A stretch of 64,000 nucleotides of DNA, from positions 8,246,001 to 8,310,000 of the forward strand of contig NC_043009.1 of assembly GCF_006345805.1 (NCBI RefSeq), in the 5' to 3' direction. This stretch comes from Octopus sinensis. Taxonomy: Eukaryota. Positions 37,503 to 50,908 of the stretch are shown here, piece after piece (positions within the stretch are counted from its first letter, which is position 1; each line of letters starts with the position of its first letter). The position numbers and the translations under genes were made by a program. The notes below the pieces were generated by a model, which saw only the letters and a list, made by a program, of their open reading frames with translations, had not been told where the DNA came from and did not search any database.

Positions 37503-37535
<33 letters not shown>

Positions 37536-38043
37536 ATATATCTATATATATATATATATATCTATATATATATATATATAAATATATCTATATATATATA
37601 TATATATATCTATATATATATATATATATATCTATATATATATATATATATATTCTATATATATATATATATATATCTATATATATATATATATATCTAT
37701 ATATATATATATAAATATATATATATAATATATATATATCTATATATATAATAAATATATATATATATATATATCTATATATATATATATATAATATATC
37801 TATATATATATCTATATATCTATATATATATATATATATATATCTATATATATAATATATCTATATATATATATATATATATCTATATATATAATATATA
37901 TCTATATATATATATATATATATATATCTATATATATATATATATATCTATATATTATATATATATATCTATATATATATATATATATCTATATATATAT
38001 ATATATAGATATCTATATATATATATATATATATATATATCAT

Positions 38044-38081
<38 letters not shown>

Positions 38082-38090
38082 CTATATATA

Positions 38091-38173
<83 letters not shown>

Positions 38174-38325
38174 GATGGGCTTCTTTCAGTTTCCGTCTAC
38201 CAAATCCACTCACAAGGCTTTGGTCGGCCCGAGGCTGTAGTAGAAGACACTTGCCCAAGGTGCTATGTAGTGAGACTGAACCCAGTTGGTAAGCAAGCTA
38301 CTTACCACACAGCCACTCCTATGTC
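36848..38325 (-). mobile_element. SINE family A with very large internal (TA)n expansion
   Basis: Tail half at 36848-37080 and head half at 38172-38325 are collinear around the TA tract. Confidence 0.9.
37101..38170. repeat. About 1.07-kb interrupted (TA)n tract
   Basis: Direct reading, with recurrent TC/AA interruptions. Confidence 0.95.
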
Positions 38326-38524
38326 TACTATGAATATATTTTCTCAGTAAACTTTCCTCATGGTGAACTTTCTTCATGATGAATTGAAGGCAGTGAACTC
38401 TCCTGCAATGAACTGATGGCAGTGAACTTACCTGTAATCAAATAACTACAAGGTGAAAAACACATATTGGTTTCATTACAGAAGTAACAACAAATAAACA
38501 AAACCTTAATATTAGTAACACTAG

Positions 38525-38955
38525 TAAGGCGGCAATCTGGCAGAATCATTAGCATGCTTGGCAGAATGCTTAGCAACAGGTCATCCATCATCACGTCCTG
38601 AGTTCAAATGACACTGGGTCAACTTTCATCCCTTCAGGGTTGCTAAAATGAGGACCAGTTGAACACTGGGGTCAATGTGGTCGATTTGACTTCTCCCTGA
38701 AAGTGCTGGCCTTGTGCCAAAATTTGAAATCAATATTAGTAACACTAATTAGGCATTGAGCTGGCAGAACTGTTAGCAAGTCAGGCAGAATGCTCAGCAG
38801 CATTTTGTTCTGAGTTCAAATGTCACTGAAGTCAACTTTGCCTTTCATTCTTTCGGGGTCAGTAAAATAAGTACCAGTTGAGTACTTGGGTCAATATAAT
38901 CAAGTTACCCCTTCACTCAAAATTGCTGGTTTTGTGCCAAAATTTGAAACCACTA
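38525..38955 (+). mobile_element. Two tandem SINE family B copies
   Basis: Each ends GTGCCAAAATTTGAAA(T/C)CA; each follows AGTAACACTA. Confidence 0.8.
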
Positions 38956-39827
38956 TTACTAACACTAGTTTTTGAGGGACATAAGGCCTCAAATTTCATG
39001 ATGGGTGTAATTGGTTAAATCAGTTATCAATTTTACCTACCCAGGAGGGATGAAGGGAAAATCTTACTTTAGTAAGGTTTGAACTCAGACCACAAAGAAC
39101 TATAACAATTAACTGCAAAACATTTTGTTCTCCCCTCTACCAATTCTGCCGAGCCACTTCCCCCTAATATTAGCAACATTGAAAGTTTGAAAGTAAAACT
39201 GATTCTTTCCTTTCATTGAGAAGATATACAAGTGTCTAATCATAGACAAAATAACAGATTAAGACTGATGTGGAAGCTGGGTGAAATATATCATATGATG
39301 GTAAGATTGACTGATCTTTTTGTGTATGTAGTTGAGAGAATCTACTGATCTGCTAACTGCAGTCAAAGGAAGGCCCTGGTGGAAATTAACAGATGTAATT
39401 GCCAGGAATTTAGCTTATACAAATCTATTAGACTCTGTCTTTGATGTAGCAGGGCTAATAATGATTTCTTAGATTAATGCAACACTATCAATTTGTAAGG
39501 AGGACAGAAATAAAGTCAAAGGAATTTATTATTAGAAATTGTTTTTGCCTGTGTCTGATGAATGAATGAAAGGTAGGATTTGAGCAGAGAATCTCTTAAA
39601 AGGCATAGGTAAATACTGCATTCTTTGTATTACAAATAACACGGCTATAAGGGAGTCTATACATGGTCACTCAACCTGATAAAAATATTGCTCTAATCCC
39701 ACGCCACCAGCTTAAACAAGGAAGGACATATCCAGTAATCTAGTCTTAGATATTCCAGTAAAGCTGGAATGGTTACAAGTGGAATGCTTTTAATCATAGG
39801 TTTATTCAATTAAATAAAGTTCTAATC

Positions 39828-40220
39828 ATCTCTCTTTTGCATGTTTCAATCATTGGACTGCGGCCATACTGAAGCACTGGCTTGAAGGATTTAGTCAAAG
39901 ACATCAACCACCCAATATCTATTTTTAAGTTTGGCATCTATTCCGTTGGTCTCTTTTGCTGAACCACTAAGTTTCAAGGATGTAAACTAATCAACTCCAG
40001 TTGTCAAGTGATGGTGGTGGTTGGTGGGGGGGGGGGACACAACACTGACATAAGCAAACATGCATACATATATATGTGCATGTGTGTGATGTGCTTCCAC
40101 ACAGTTTCCAGCCATCAGATTCACTTATAAGGTATTGGTCAGCCTAGGACTATAATAGATGCTGCTGCAATACAGTGGAACTGAACCTGAAACTGTTTGG
40201 TTGCAAAACAAGCTTCCTTA
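39828..40220 (-). mobile_element. SINE family A, degenerate
   Basis: Reverse-strand tail, core and head remnants. Confidence 0.68.
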
Positions 40221-40815
40221 CCAGATTTGCCTGAAATGACCTGGTTTTAAACACCTCACATTCTAAAGTTTTCACATTTCAATTAAAAATCTTCTTCTAC
40301 AATTTTAACTGAGAACCTTTTGTAGTGTTACAAACACCATCTTAATGACAATGAAAAAGTTATTTTACCAAATTGTTCCAAATTCTTAGTAATTTTCAGA
40401 ATTAATTGAAACATATGGACAATGTATTTCATTAGAATTATGGTCCGGAAATGGATTGAGTGAAAGCTATAAGATCACTTGGTGAGAGAAATAATACCAC
40501 ATCAGCTTGAGATAAAAGCTAAGAGAAGGCTTGAAATCAACAAGATGAATGTCTATTAAGATTTATTTGGATGAAAAATTGAAGTGAATACCTAGTAATT
40601 GAATAACAATTGAAATGAGAAATTAAATTTAAAAAATGTATGAAATAACAGGAAACAGTAGGGGTAAGTGAATGGAAGCACAATATCAGTTTGATGCAAA
40701 AATCATCATGGTTTTTAACCATCAACTTTAAAGCAGTAATAACTCTGCTCACAATACATTACATTAATCAAAATAATAACCATTAGAAGCTACACATTTT
40801 TGTCAACAAGAAATA

Positions 40816-41932
40816 CAAGGTGCATTCCAGAAGTTTTGCGACTTTTTTAAAGAGAGGCAGTTATCCTAGGTTACTGTAATTTTAGTATATCATTGCTATA
40901 CATCAAATAAGCGAACCTGCCAACTTTTGATAATCGAGTTTGAAGGAGATGACTGTAACAGCAATTTGAACACATTCGACTAAACACTGCTTGTCACAGC
41001 TGACTAGTTTGCGGAATGCAGTCGAAATATGAAGACAATTTGGAAGCTTGCTTTGTAATAAAGTTTTGTGTTAAACTGGGTAAAAATGCTACAGAAAGTT
41101 ATGGAATGGCGAGCTGGCAGAAACGTTAGCACGCCTGGCAAAATGCTTAGTGGTATTTCATATCTACCGTAACGTTCTCAGTTCAAATTCCGCCAAGGTT
41201 GACTTTGCCTTTCATCCTTTTGGGGATGCACTGGGGTCAATGTAATCGACTTAGTCCCTTTGTCTGTCCTTGTTTGTTCCCTCTATGTTTAGCCCCTTGT
41301 GGGCAATAAAGAAATAAGAAAGTTATGGAATGCTTTAGACTACTTTTGGATTAACTTGTGTGAGCTGAACATCTGGGTTTTCTTTTTTGTTAACATAAAA
41401 AGCCAAGCAAAGCAAGTCCACTGGAAAGCTTATGATAATACCCTCCCCCCACACACTTTTGGTTTTTTTTTTTACAGCAAGGGCAGCACCTACATCCACT
41501 AAGTTCTCTGACAGTCGACAAAGAGAACTTTGTGAAGGCTTTGAGGGAGTTCAGGAAGTGATGTCATCACTAAAGGCCAGAACGCCTGACCAAGAACAAA
41601 GTACCAGTTTACAATTCCATCTTGGTAACCGGATTATTTAATAGAAATGGACACCAAAACTGTCCCTCACTCTTTCTACAGTCCAGACCTTGCTCCCTGT
41701 GACTTTTGGTTGTTCCCTATGTTGGAGAAGATAAAGGCAGCTATGACAAAGGTCTTCATTATCTTCACTTTGGAGAGATTCCATGGAACCTTCACAAAGT
41801 GGCTGGAGCACTACAACAAGTGCATTGAAGTCAGAGGAACTTACTTTGAAGGAATTTGGAGTTTTGTACTTCTTTGAAATAAATAAATGTCTCTCCTAAA
41901 AGAAAGTTTCAGAACTGCTGGAATGCACCTTA
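40816..41932 (+). mobile_element. Internally deleted mariner element
   Basis: TIR CAAGGTGCATTCCAGAAGTT / AACTGCTGGAATGCACCTTA with TA flanks. Remnants IKFCVKLGKNATESYGM, YSPDLAPCDFWLFP, YNKCIEVRGTYFEG. Confidence 0.88.
41109..41316 (+). mobile_element. SINE family B inserted in the mariner
   Basis: 16-bp perfect TSD AGAAAGTTATGGAATG (41093-108, 41317-32). Confidence 0.92.
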
Positions 41933-42764
41933 TATGTCTGTTTATTCAACTATCATAGAAATCTAGGACCCTGGAACTAATGAATTTTATAAAGATGTTT
42001 TGAGCTGCTGTTTCGTTGTTGAAAACATTTTACTTATCAAAATCCTTGGATACATGATGATTGATCAAATAGAAGTTTGGGGACTTAGCTGGGTGAGGTA
42101 AAATTTTGTAGCTTAGTACATTCAATTTCTGCAGTCATTTACAAGGCATCAATTGGTATATTTTTGTCAACTTCCTGATACAAATCTCCCTCTCCCATCA
42201 TATTTTGCCTTCTCTTATTAACTTACCTAAAATCATTATTCCCTCCCCTCACATTTTTCTTAAGTTATTTATGGCCCCTTAAGACCCTTTAGTCATGTAA
42301 AAGCATCTAGTAAACTTTGTAAAGTAGTTGCCGTTAAGAAAAGCATCCAGCTGTAGAAACCATGCCAAATAGATGTTGAAGCAGAAACTGTTCTCTAACT
42401 CTCCAGATTCTGTCAAACTGTCCATGCAAGCAAGGATAGTGGACATTAAATGTTAGGGACTTCTTTTCTGTGATGGTTTTACCAGAATTCAAGAAATAGT
42501 GGTGGATGATTTCACACACCAATCACTAAATGGTTACTATAACCTTCTTTTGATACGGATTCATTTCAGGAAAGTGTTTCAATATGTTGCTTTTGACTTG
42601 CTATTGTGTGAGACACCATTAATTGTTTTATAGAATCCATTTTTTATCATGTCACGATGTGATAAAAAATGGATAATTGTTGTTGCACAAAAAAAGTAGT
42701 TTTTTCTTTTAATCATATGAACACAGATGTGGTTGTGTGTGTGTGTGTGTGTGTGTGCATATAT

Positions 42765-42809
<45 letters not shown>

Positions 42810-42810
<1 letters not shown>

Positions 42811-43178
42811 GGCATAGGGGTGGCTGTGTAGTAAGTAGCTTGCTTAGCAACCACATGGTTCCAGGTTGAGTCCCACTGTGTGGCACCTTGGGCAAGTGTC
42901 TTCTACTATAGCCTCGGGCCGACCAAAGCCTTGTGAGTGGATTTGGTAGATGGAAACTGAAAGAAGCCCGTTGTATATATATATATGTCCTCCCAACATC
43001 GCTTGACAGCCGATGCTGGTGTGTTTACTTCCCCGTAACTTAGCAGTTCGACAAAAGAGACCAATAGAATAAGTACTAGGCTTACAAAGAATAAGTCCTG
43101 GGGTCGATTTGCTCGACTAAAGGCAGTGCTCCAGCATGGCCACATTCAAATGACTGAAACAAGTAAAAGAGTAAAAGA
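42810..43178 (+). mobile_element. SINE family A, full length, tail type 1
   Basis: GTGGCTGTGTAGTAAG..GGTTGAGTCCCACT head through GACTGAAACAAGTAAAAGAGTAAAAGA. Confidence 0.9.
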
Positions 43179-43587
43179 TATATATACACACACACACACG
43201 TGTGTGTTTGGGAATCTTCTTGGACATCATAAGCTGGTTGTAAATGAGCATCTTCATCCTACAAGTTCATTTTCAGTCTTCTGTGAAAAAGCATGCCTAC
43301 TTAGGGAAAATTTTGGAAACAAGGAAGTGTTGGTGACAGAGAGAGCATCTGGTCATAGAAAATCTGCCTCAATAAATTCCATCTCTCTCATGAAAACCTG
43401 GAAGAGTGAATGTTAAAAAATGGTGATGATTGTCATCATCATGCAGCGTTTATTTGTCCCGCTTTTCTGACTTCCCAATCTGATGCAAATGTCAAATACC
43501 TGGTGAATAGTTTATGCTTAGTTCTTCTGCAATCTCTAAAGTTGTTTTTAGGGTTCACAATGGTAATAGTCCACAACTAATTGTTGT

Positions 43588-43930
43588 GAAGGTGCATGGC
43601 TCAGTGGTTAGAGCGTCGAGCTTACGATCGTGAGGTTGTGAGCTCGAATCCCGGTCCGGGCTGCGTGTTGTGTTCTTGAGCAAAGCACTTTATTTTCACG
43701 TTGCTCCAGTTCACTCAGCTGTAGAAATGAGTTGCGACGTCACAGGTGCCAAGCTGTATCGACCTTTGTCTTTCCCTTGGATAACACTGGTGGTGTGGAG
43801 AGGGGAGGCTGGTATGCATGGGCGACTGCTGGTCTTCCATAAACAACCTTGCCCGGACTTGTGTCTAGGAGGGTAACTTTCTAGGTGCAATCCCATGGTC
43901 ATTCATGACCGAAGGGGGTCTTTACCCTTT
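43588..43930 (+). mobile_element. tRNA-derived SINE family C, full length
   Basis: A box TGGCTCAGTGG, B box GCTCGAATCCC. 10-bp TSD TAATTGTTGT. Confidence 0.93.
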
Positions 43931-44992
43931 AATTGTTGTTGATCACAGGAAATCGTGTGCAACATTTGTGTAAATGTTGAGATCTACTTTCATTGTCTGT
44001 TGTCTGTTCTTCGGTTTAAACTGCATGCAGTTTCTGCTGCTTTCTCTTCCATTATGAAGCTACACAATAAAATCACTTGAATTTGCTTTTATTTCCATCT
44101 TTAATATGACAGTAGAAAATAAACAATAATAAACGGTGAAGGCAAAACTATTAGCATAAATCAATGGACAGAAATCTATGCTTCAAAATGGTAATTTACA
44201 TGAACATAGATAAATATAAGTTTATTCCAAAGAAAGCATTTAAGTTGAAAATTACAAGAATTGTAATTATTTATCCACCAACCTAATATTAACAGAAAGA
44301 AAGAGTTTGTCAAAAAAAAAAGAAAAAAAGAAAAAGGAATTGAGATTATAAAGAGTTAAAGTCAAAGTATGAAATAATTATGAAGAGATGGGACGTGGAG
44401 TGAGTGAATGAAAGCTTGATTTTAGCTGGGAGGAAGAGTTTGGTGAAATAAAACATGAGATTAGCCTGGTGGGAAGGAATTGTTGAGTGGAAAGTATAAG
44501 GGGCTGTGTGTAAACATCAGCTGGAATAAAAGACAGAGAGAAAAATAGAAAAACAATAAGAAAGAGTTGAATAGGAATGGAGAGGAAACAGTTTTCTCTT
44601 ATGAGTAGAAATGGATAGAAGGGAATTTTTGAGAAAGATTTCTTGGCAACACATGAAGAAACAATGTCTTGGAGGAAATTTATGGGTTTGGTAAAAGGAA
44701 GAACATAAGAAAATTGATTTCTCTCTGCTGCAGTACCCAATCATTCTTGCAATTCTGCTGAATCCTGATTGGCTGGCTAGTTATTCAAGTACTTATAGGC
44801 CATCCACACCACTCACCTAACATCCCCACCCATCTTCAGGCTACTTATGTCTGGACCTACTACATAGTTCTCCACCACACCCAACCCCAAGCTACCTCAA
44901 TTGTTAATTAATTTGTACATAAATTTATTTATTCATTTGTTTATTTAAATAGCTAATGTTGCTTGCAGAAACTGCCAAAAAAGAAAAAAAAG

Positions 44993-45038
<46 letters not shown>

Positions 45039-45445
45039 TAACCTTGCAGAAATCATAATGAAAAACCCAACCAAAACATAGTAATATCAATAAATATTTT
45101 TAAAAAATTACCAAACAAAAGAAAACAAAAACACTCTCTCTCTCCTTCTCTTTTTCCCTTTCACTAGCCATTGTTTTTAATGGCTCTTGAAGTGTTTGAA
45201 TTAATGGGTCTGTGTTCACCTTGCTCTAAAGGTCAACGAAAAGAGAAGACCTAAATGTGAGCAGTTTTGAGTTGTTAACTTCTAGCAATGGTGGTGATGA
45301 TTGTACATTTAGCTGTGTGGAAAGGAGGAGGAGCACGGAGACATGGAACAGTCAACACACACACACACACACACACACATCTATATATATGTGTGTGTGT
45401 GTATCTGTTTGGTGGTAGAGATAGGGTGAGCTGTTAAAGGATAGG

Positions 45446-45680
45446 GTGGCGGCGAGCTGGCAGAAACGTTAGCACACCAGGCAAAATTCATAGCTGTATT
45501 TTGTCTGCCGTTGCATTCTGAGTTCAAATTCCGCCGAGGTCCACTTTGCCTTTCATCTTTTCGGGGTCGATAAATTAAGGACCAGTTACGCACTGGGGTC
45601 GATATAATCGACTTTTTCCATTTGTCTCTCCCTGTTTGTCCTGTCTGTGTTTAGCCCCTTGTAGGTAGTAGAGAAATAGG
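45446..45680 (+). mobile_element. SINE family B
   Basis: GGCGGCGAGCTGGCAGAAACGTTAGC...GTAGTAGAGAAATAGG. Confidence 0.88.
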
Positions 45681-45792
45681 TAGAGGATAGGGCAAAATGG
45701 AGAGGATTGACAAAACCCTCTCCTTGAAAGGCTAACCTCTGCTTTTAGGAGAGAAAGTGGTATTAAAATGCTTGCACACTTGGATGTACATG

Positions 45793-45836
<44 letters not shown>

Positions 45837-46029
45837 ATCTGTTTGTATGTAAATTTTCACATGTAAAAGTACAACTGTGTTACCCCAATAAATATACATC
45901 AAGGATCAGTGCACTTAGCTTCCTCTTTCCTATTTTTCTATTTTTTATACAAAAAAAAAATCAATTATCATTTTTTTGTTTTTTTGGTTCCATTTCCACA
46001 CTTTTGAAGCAATAATACAAAAAATGATA

Positions 46030-46205
46030 CTATATCTGTTACTGCAACTAGTAGTGGTAGTAGTATTAGTAGTAGTGATAGTAGCAGCAGCAGCAGTAGT
46101 AGTAGTAGTAGTAGTAGTAGTAGCAGTTGCAGCAATAGTAGTGATGGCAGCAGCAATGGTAGTGGTGGCAGCAGCAGTGGTAGTGGTGGTATTAGTAGTA
46201 GCAAC
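46030..46205. repeat. (TAG/CAG/TGG)n compound trinucleotide tract
   Basis: Direct reading. Explains the poly-Leu/Val ORFs. Confidence 0.88.
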
Positions 46206-46593
46206 ATGTTGGTATTGGCACTAATGCAATATTGGTATGTTACTTTTGATTTGCTTCAGGTCAACCTTTGATCATGCAAACTCACATTATCAAAGGCATT
46301 CCATTCATGAGCATCCGGCCTGGTTTTTCTTTTCCTTTTTTTTTTTTTATTTTCAAACATGGTGTATCCAGAGCCACATTATCCTGCTTGTTTTAACATG
46401 GTAAGACGTGATATAAGAGACACGTGGCTGACTGCTATTTCTTGCAGGTCAAGTGATCACTTAGAGCCCTTCCTCTAGTATTATTAGTATCAATACCATT
46501 ATTATATTGGTTTTGGTTTTCAGAACAGAACTGTCACAGTACTATGATTGTAACCAGAAGCTGACCTTTTAAAATCAATATCTTTGGTACACT

Positions 46594-46960
46594 TGTTGAG
46601 CCAGTTCTTATGTATGGCTCAAAGACGTGGAAACTTTCTGTAAAGTTCCAAAACTGATTAAGTAGTTGTTATACTCGACTACGTCATAGGGTACAAATCT
46701 TTGGTGAAAAAAAAAAAAAGAACATCTAAGTACTATAAAAAATTTATGGGTTTTCATCACTCTTCTCACAAACAGTGAAGTAGTATTGAGTGCAATTTGC
46801 TGGATGCTGTTTAAGTGCAAAAGATGAGTAAGCATCATTTATCCCCTGCAGATCTCAACCAGGTGGTGGGAAAAGTCACAGGCTCTCCTTTCAAGATGTC
46901 ATTGCCAGGGATGTGGAGTTCAAGACTTTGCAATGCAAGATTGTGAGGCCTGCCTTAACT
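46594..46960 (+). mobile_element. RTE-like LINE C-terminal remnant
   Basis: VEPVLMYGSKTWKL..CYTRL.., FAGCCLSAKDE, SFQDVIARDV, AMQDCEA resemble the RTE-clade post-RT region. Confidence 0.7.
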
Positions 46961-47640
46961 GGCTTTCCAAATTAGATAATACTACTGTAAAGTTAGTGTC
47001 ACTAGTTATTGTTGTTTTGTAATGTCTGGCCAGCCCTAACTGGGCATTCTGATGCTTATAGACATTACGGTTGTGACTATCTGGTGAAACACAGATGGAG
47101 AAATCAGACATATGTGTAAGCCTACATTATAGACATACAGACATGTCAAATTTACCTCTTTTTCCAAAGAACTGGAAAATGACAAACAGCCTTCATTGAT
47201 TTTCCACCCTTATTGGGGGCTTTTCTAGAGGTGTCTACATCACTTGACCTGTAGCCAGTTTGTTTATATACACATCAAATCTAGTAACTTCAAAGAGTTG
47301 GAGCTACTAATTTGCATACCATAAGTGTTTTAATTTAGGACTACATTTTCTAATGCTTCCATTTAGAAAAAATGGTAAAATGTGGTTTGAGAAAGATCTG
47401 TCAGCAGTTTCAAGTAGATTATTTATCCATAGATCAGTCCTAAGTGAACAAACAAATGATCAAAACCCTTCTGGCAGTAACCACCTAAATTTTATTTTCT
47501 AGACCCCATTCATTATACAGTGCATCGATCTATTTTAAAGAAAGTTGGATGTGATTTGATGGAGATTTTGCTGCTGTCCCTAGTAAATTAAACAACAATC
47601 AAGAAACTCTCTTTTTGGCATGAAAAGCTGTCTTATTTAC

Positions 47641-50481
47641 TGTTGTAGGGAATTAGTAATAATGGTACAACTGCTTCCATGTGACAAATAGAATAACCTA
47701 GTCACTATAAGTAAAGAGAAGTATGTGAAGTACCAAAGTATGTAGTAGGCAGTCAGAGATAGTTGTATCTTTACACTAAAGTGGGTGTTATAACAATCCA
47801 ACAAAATAAGGATAGAATAGTGGCAACGAGGATTTAAATAACTTACGAGTAATTAATAAACTTGATGAGGATTTTAACAACTCACAAGGAATTAACAAGT
47901 CATGAGGAGTTAACAAACTCACAAAAGATTTTTTGTACAAATTTTATGAAAAAGAAATCGTAAAATTATGGAAAATTTGCTGGCCAGTTTCCTTGAGTTG
48001 CAAAAACAGCAACAACTGCAAGAATAACAGCTGAAGCAACACCACCACCACCAACAACAACAAATAACAATATTACTGCAACAAATGCTGCAATTACTGA
48101 AGTCATCAGGAATGTCAGAAAAAGTGTTACGCCATAACAGAATTCAAGTATGAACCTGATGGAGGAGTTACCTTCAAAGTATATTACAGAAGATATGAGC
48201 AAATGTTTGAGAAAGATTGTAAAGATTGGGATGACGAGATGAAAATGTGCTTAATCTTGAGAAAACTGGCGGCAACAGAACATGAATGATACAGTAATTA
48301 TATACTCCTGAGAAAACCTTCAGACATAAACTTTAATGACACAATAGATATATTGGGTAAAATTTTCAATGAAAAAAGCTCATTGTTCAACACACGTTGG
48401 AAGTGTCTGAACTTAGAGCAAAACAATGATGAGGACTACATCACATATACTGGTAGAGTTAACAGGGAATAGAGAAGTTTAAGCTGGATGAATTAATGCC
48501 AGATATATTCCAATGCCTGATTCTTACATAGGGACTAATTGCAGAAAAAGATACAGAAGTTAGAACTAGAATTCTCACTAAACTGGAACAAAATCTGGAT
48601 GTAACCCTACAAGTGTCAGAAGAATGTGAAAGGATAGTCAAATTAAGACACAGTACAGAGGAAATTGAACATAAAGATTGTCTCCAAGTAAAGCAAGTGT
48701 GAAATAGAATAGAGAGGAAATAAACCCATGCTTTGCATGTGGAGGTATACACCTGAGGAAAAATTGTTCATTTAAAAAATCAGTGCTTTCATTGTGGAAA
48801 TATATGACATATAAAGATGCAATATAGAACAAAGAAAACAAAACGTCAGAAGACAGGAAAAAGAATAAACAGAATGTCATTGGAAGAAATTGGTAATATA
48901 ATGATAAGGAAATTCGTAAAGGTGAAAATCAGAAGTACAAGTGTTAAAATGTAATTAGATACTGGTAGTGATATCAGTATTACAAACGGAAAATCTTGGA
49001 AATATGTCGGTAAGCTGAAATTAATTAGATCAAAAAAGGTAGCACATGGTGTTACACGAAAAAGATTATATTTTTTCAGTGAAATCATATGCAATGTAAC
49101 ATTTCAAGGTCAAACGAAAATGGTAAAGATATATGTGTTAAAGAGTTCACTTAATTTATTTGGCACAGAATGGATAGAACTATTCAAAGTATGGAATACA
49201 CCCATAAGTGTTTTGTGTGGAAATATAGTCAGTTTGGTCAAAGGTTCAAATGTGGCTGAGGGACTGAAACAAAAAATTGCAGTAAAACAGAGTAGAACAC
49301 CTGTCTGTAAGCCAAAATGAAATGAAAAATTGCCCACAATAGAAACTAAATATTGTTTAAAAGTAGATGTTCTGTGGTTGAGACTACACATTGATTTTGC
49401 TGGTCCTTTAAATGGTTCTTACTACTTAGTGGTAGTTGATAGTTTCTTGAATTGGCCTGAAATTTATTAGTGTAAAAAACAGATCTCCTCAACTTTGATA
49501 TATTTTTACACAAATTGTTTGCAAGATTTGGCATCCCAGACAAGATAGTGTCTGACAATGGAATGCAATTTGTGTCTTGTGAATTTAAAAAAATTTGTGA
49601 AACATTCAGGGTAGAACTACTGCACCATACCATCCCAGATTTAATGGAGAGGTAGAATGCTTTGTTGATACCTTCAAGAGGAAGTCACAGATGAGGTAGC
49701 TCTACAACAATTCTTAAGAGTGTACCATGTGACACCAAATCTGAATACACCAGCAGGTAACTCACCAGCAGAACTGATGGTTGCAAGGAAAGTAAAATCA
49801 GTCTTTGATAAATTGCTACTTGGCAAGGAAATAAAAAGTGCCAAGGAAGACCTAGCAAGATTCTGTAAAGTTGGTGAAAAGGTGTATGTGAAGGCATAGA
49901 AGAATGGAAAGCAGAGTTGGGAAGATGGTGTTATTTCTAAATGCATAGGTAAAAATGATGTATTGGGTAAAAAGTAGAAAAGGCATACAAAAGAGATACA
50001 GGGACCAACAGAAAAAGAGATTCATAAAAAGTGAACCAAAGAAGTTGGAGGAACCAGTGGAATGGTTGTACAATACATTCCAAGTACCAACACCACTGCA
50101 GATGATTGAACCTAGACATACAAATAAGAGATAAAGAAAACATATAGAGTTCCTGAAAATAGATGCCCTGCACAAAAGTATTAAATTGTACAAAAAAAAA
50201 CTTTAAAAATGGGAGGCTGGGTGAATAAAAAAAATTATTGCTAAATAAAATGACACTTCCTAAGAAAAATTTGATAAGAATGTTGTAGCGAATTAGTAAT
50301 AATGGTACAACCCTTCCACATGATAAATGGAATAACCTAGTCACTATAAGTAAAGAGAAGTACATGAGGTATGGGAGTATGTAGTAGGTGGTCAGAGATA
50401 GTCGTGTCTTTACTGGTTTTACTAAGTATACTGTATACCAAAGTGTGTGTTATAACAATCCAACCAAATAAGGATATATCA
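47641..50481 (+). mobile_element. Gypsy LTR retrotransposon, decayed, lacking RT/RNase H
   Basis: LTRs 47641-about 47819 and 50281-50481 (TGTTG...CA on the right), 5-bp TSD TTTAC, PBS-like TGGCAACGAGG. Gag (FKYEPDGGVTF..YYRRYE), CCHC, protease LDTGSDI, integrase HIDFAGP / IVSDNG / YHPRFNG. Confidence 0.92.
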
Positions 50482-50521
50482 TTTACTCACAAGACTGGTT
50501 CAGCAACCATTTGTAAAGCAG

Positions 50522-50908
50522 TGGTACATGAGTGGCTGTGGGGTAAGTAGTTCCGGGTTCAGTCCCACTATGTGGAACCTTGGACAAGTGTTTTCTACTA
50601 TAGCCTTGCGCCGACCAAAGCCTTGTGAGTGGATTTGGTAGACAGAAACTGAAAGAAACCCGTCGTATATATGTATGTGTGTGTGTGTATATGTTTGTGT
50701 GTCTGTGTTTGTCCCCCCCCCCAACATTGTTTGACAGCCAATGCTGGTGTGTTTATGTCCCCGTAACTTAGTGGTTCAGCAAAAGAGACCAATAGAATAA
50801 GTACTAGGCTTACAAAGAATAAGTCCTGGGGTTGATTCATTCAACTAAAGGCGGTGCTCCAGCATGGCTGCAGTCAAATGGCTGAAATAAATAAAAGAGT
50901 AAAGAGTA
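50522..50908 (+). mobile_element. SINE family A, tail type 1
   Basis: Head, core and tail all recognisable. Confidence 0.88.

Larger units (their letters stand above)
36706..38432. mobile_element. MITE with subterminal AGTTCACTGYC repeats, split by SINE A
   Basis: GGTAAGTTCACTGTCATCAGTTCATGGCAAGGAAAGTTCACTG matches the reverse complement of about 38390-38432. Confidence 0.5.
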
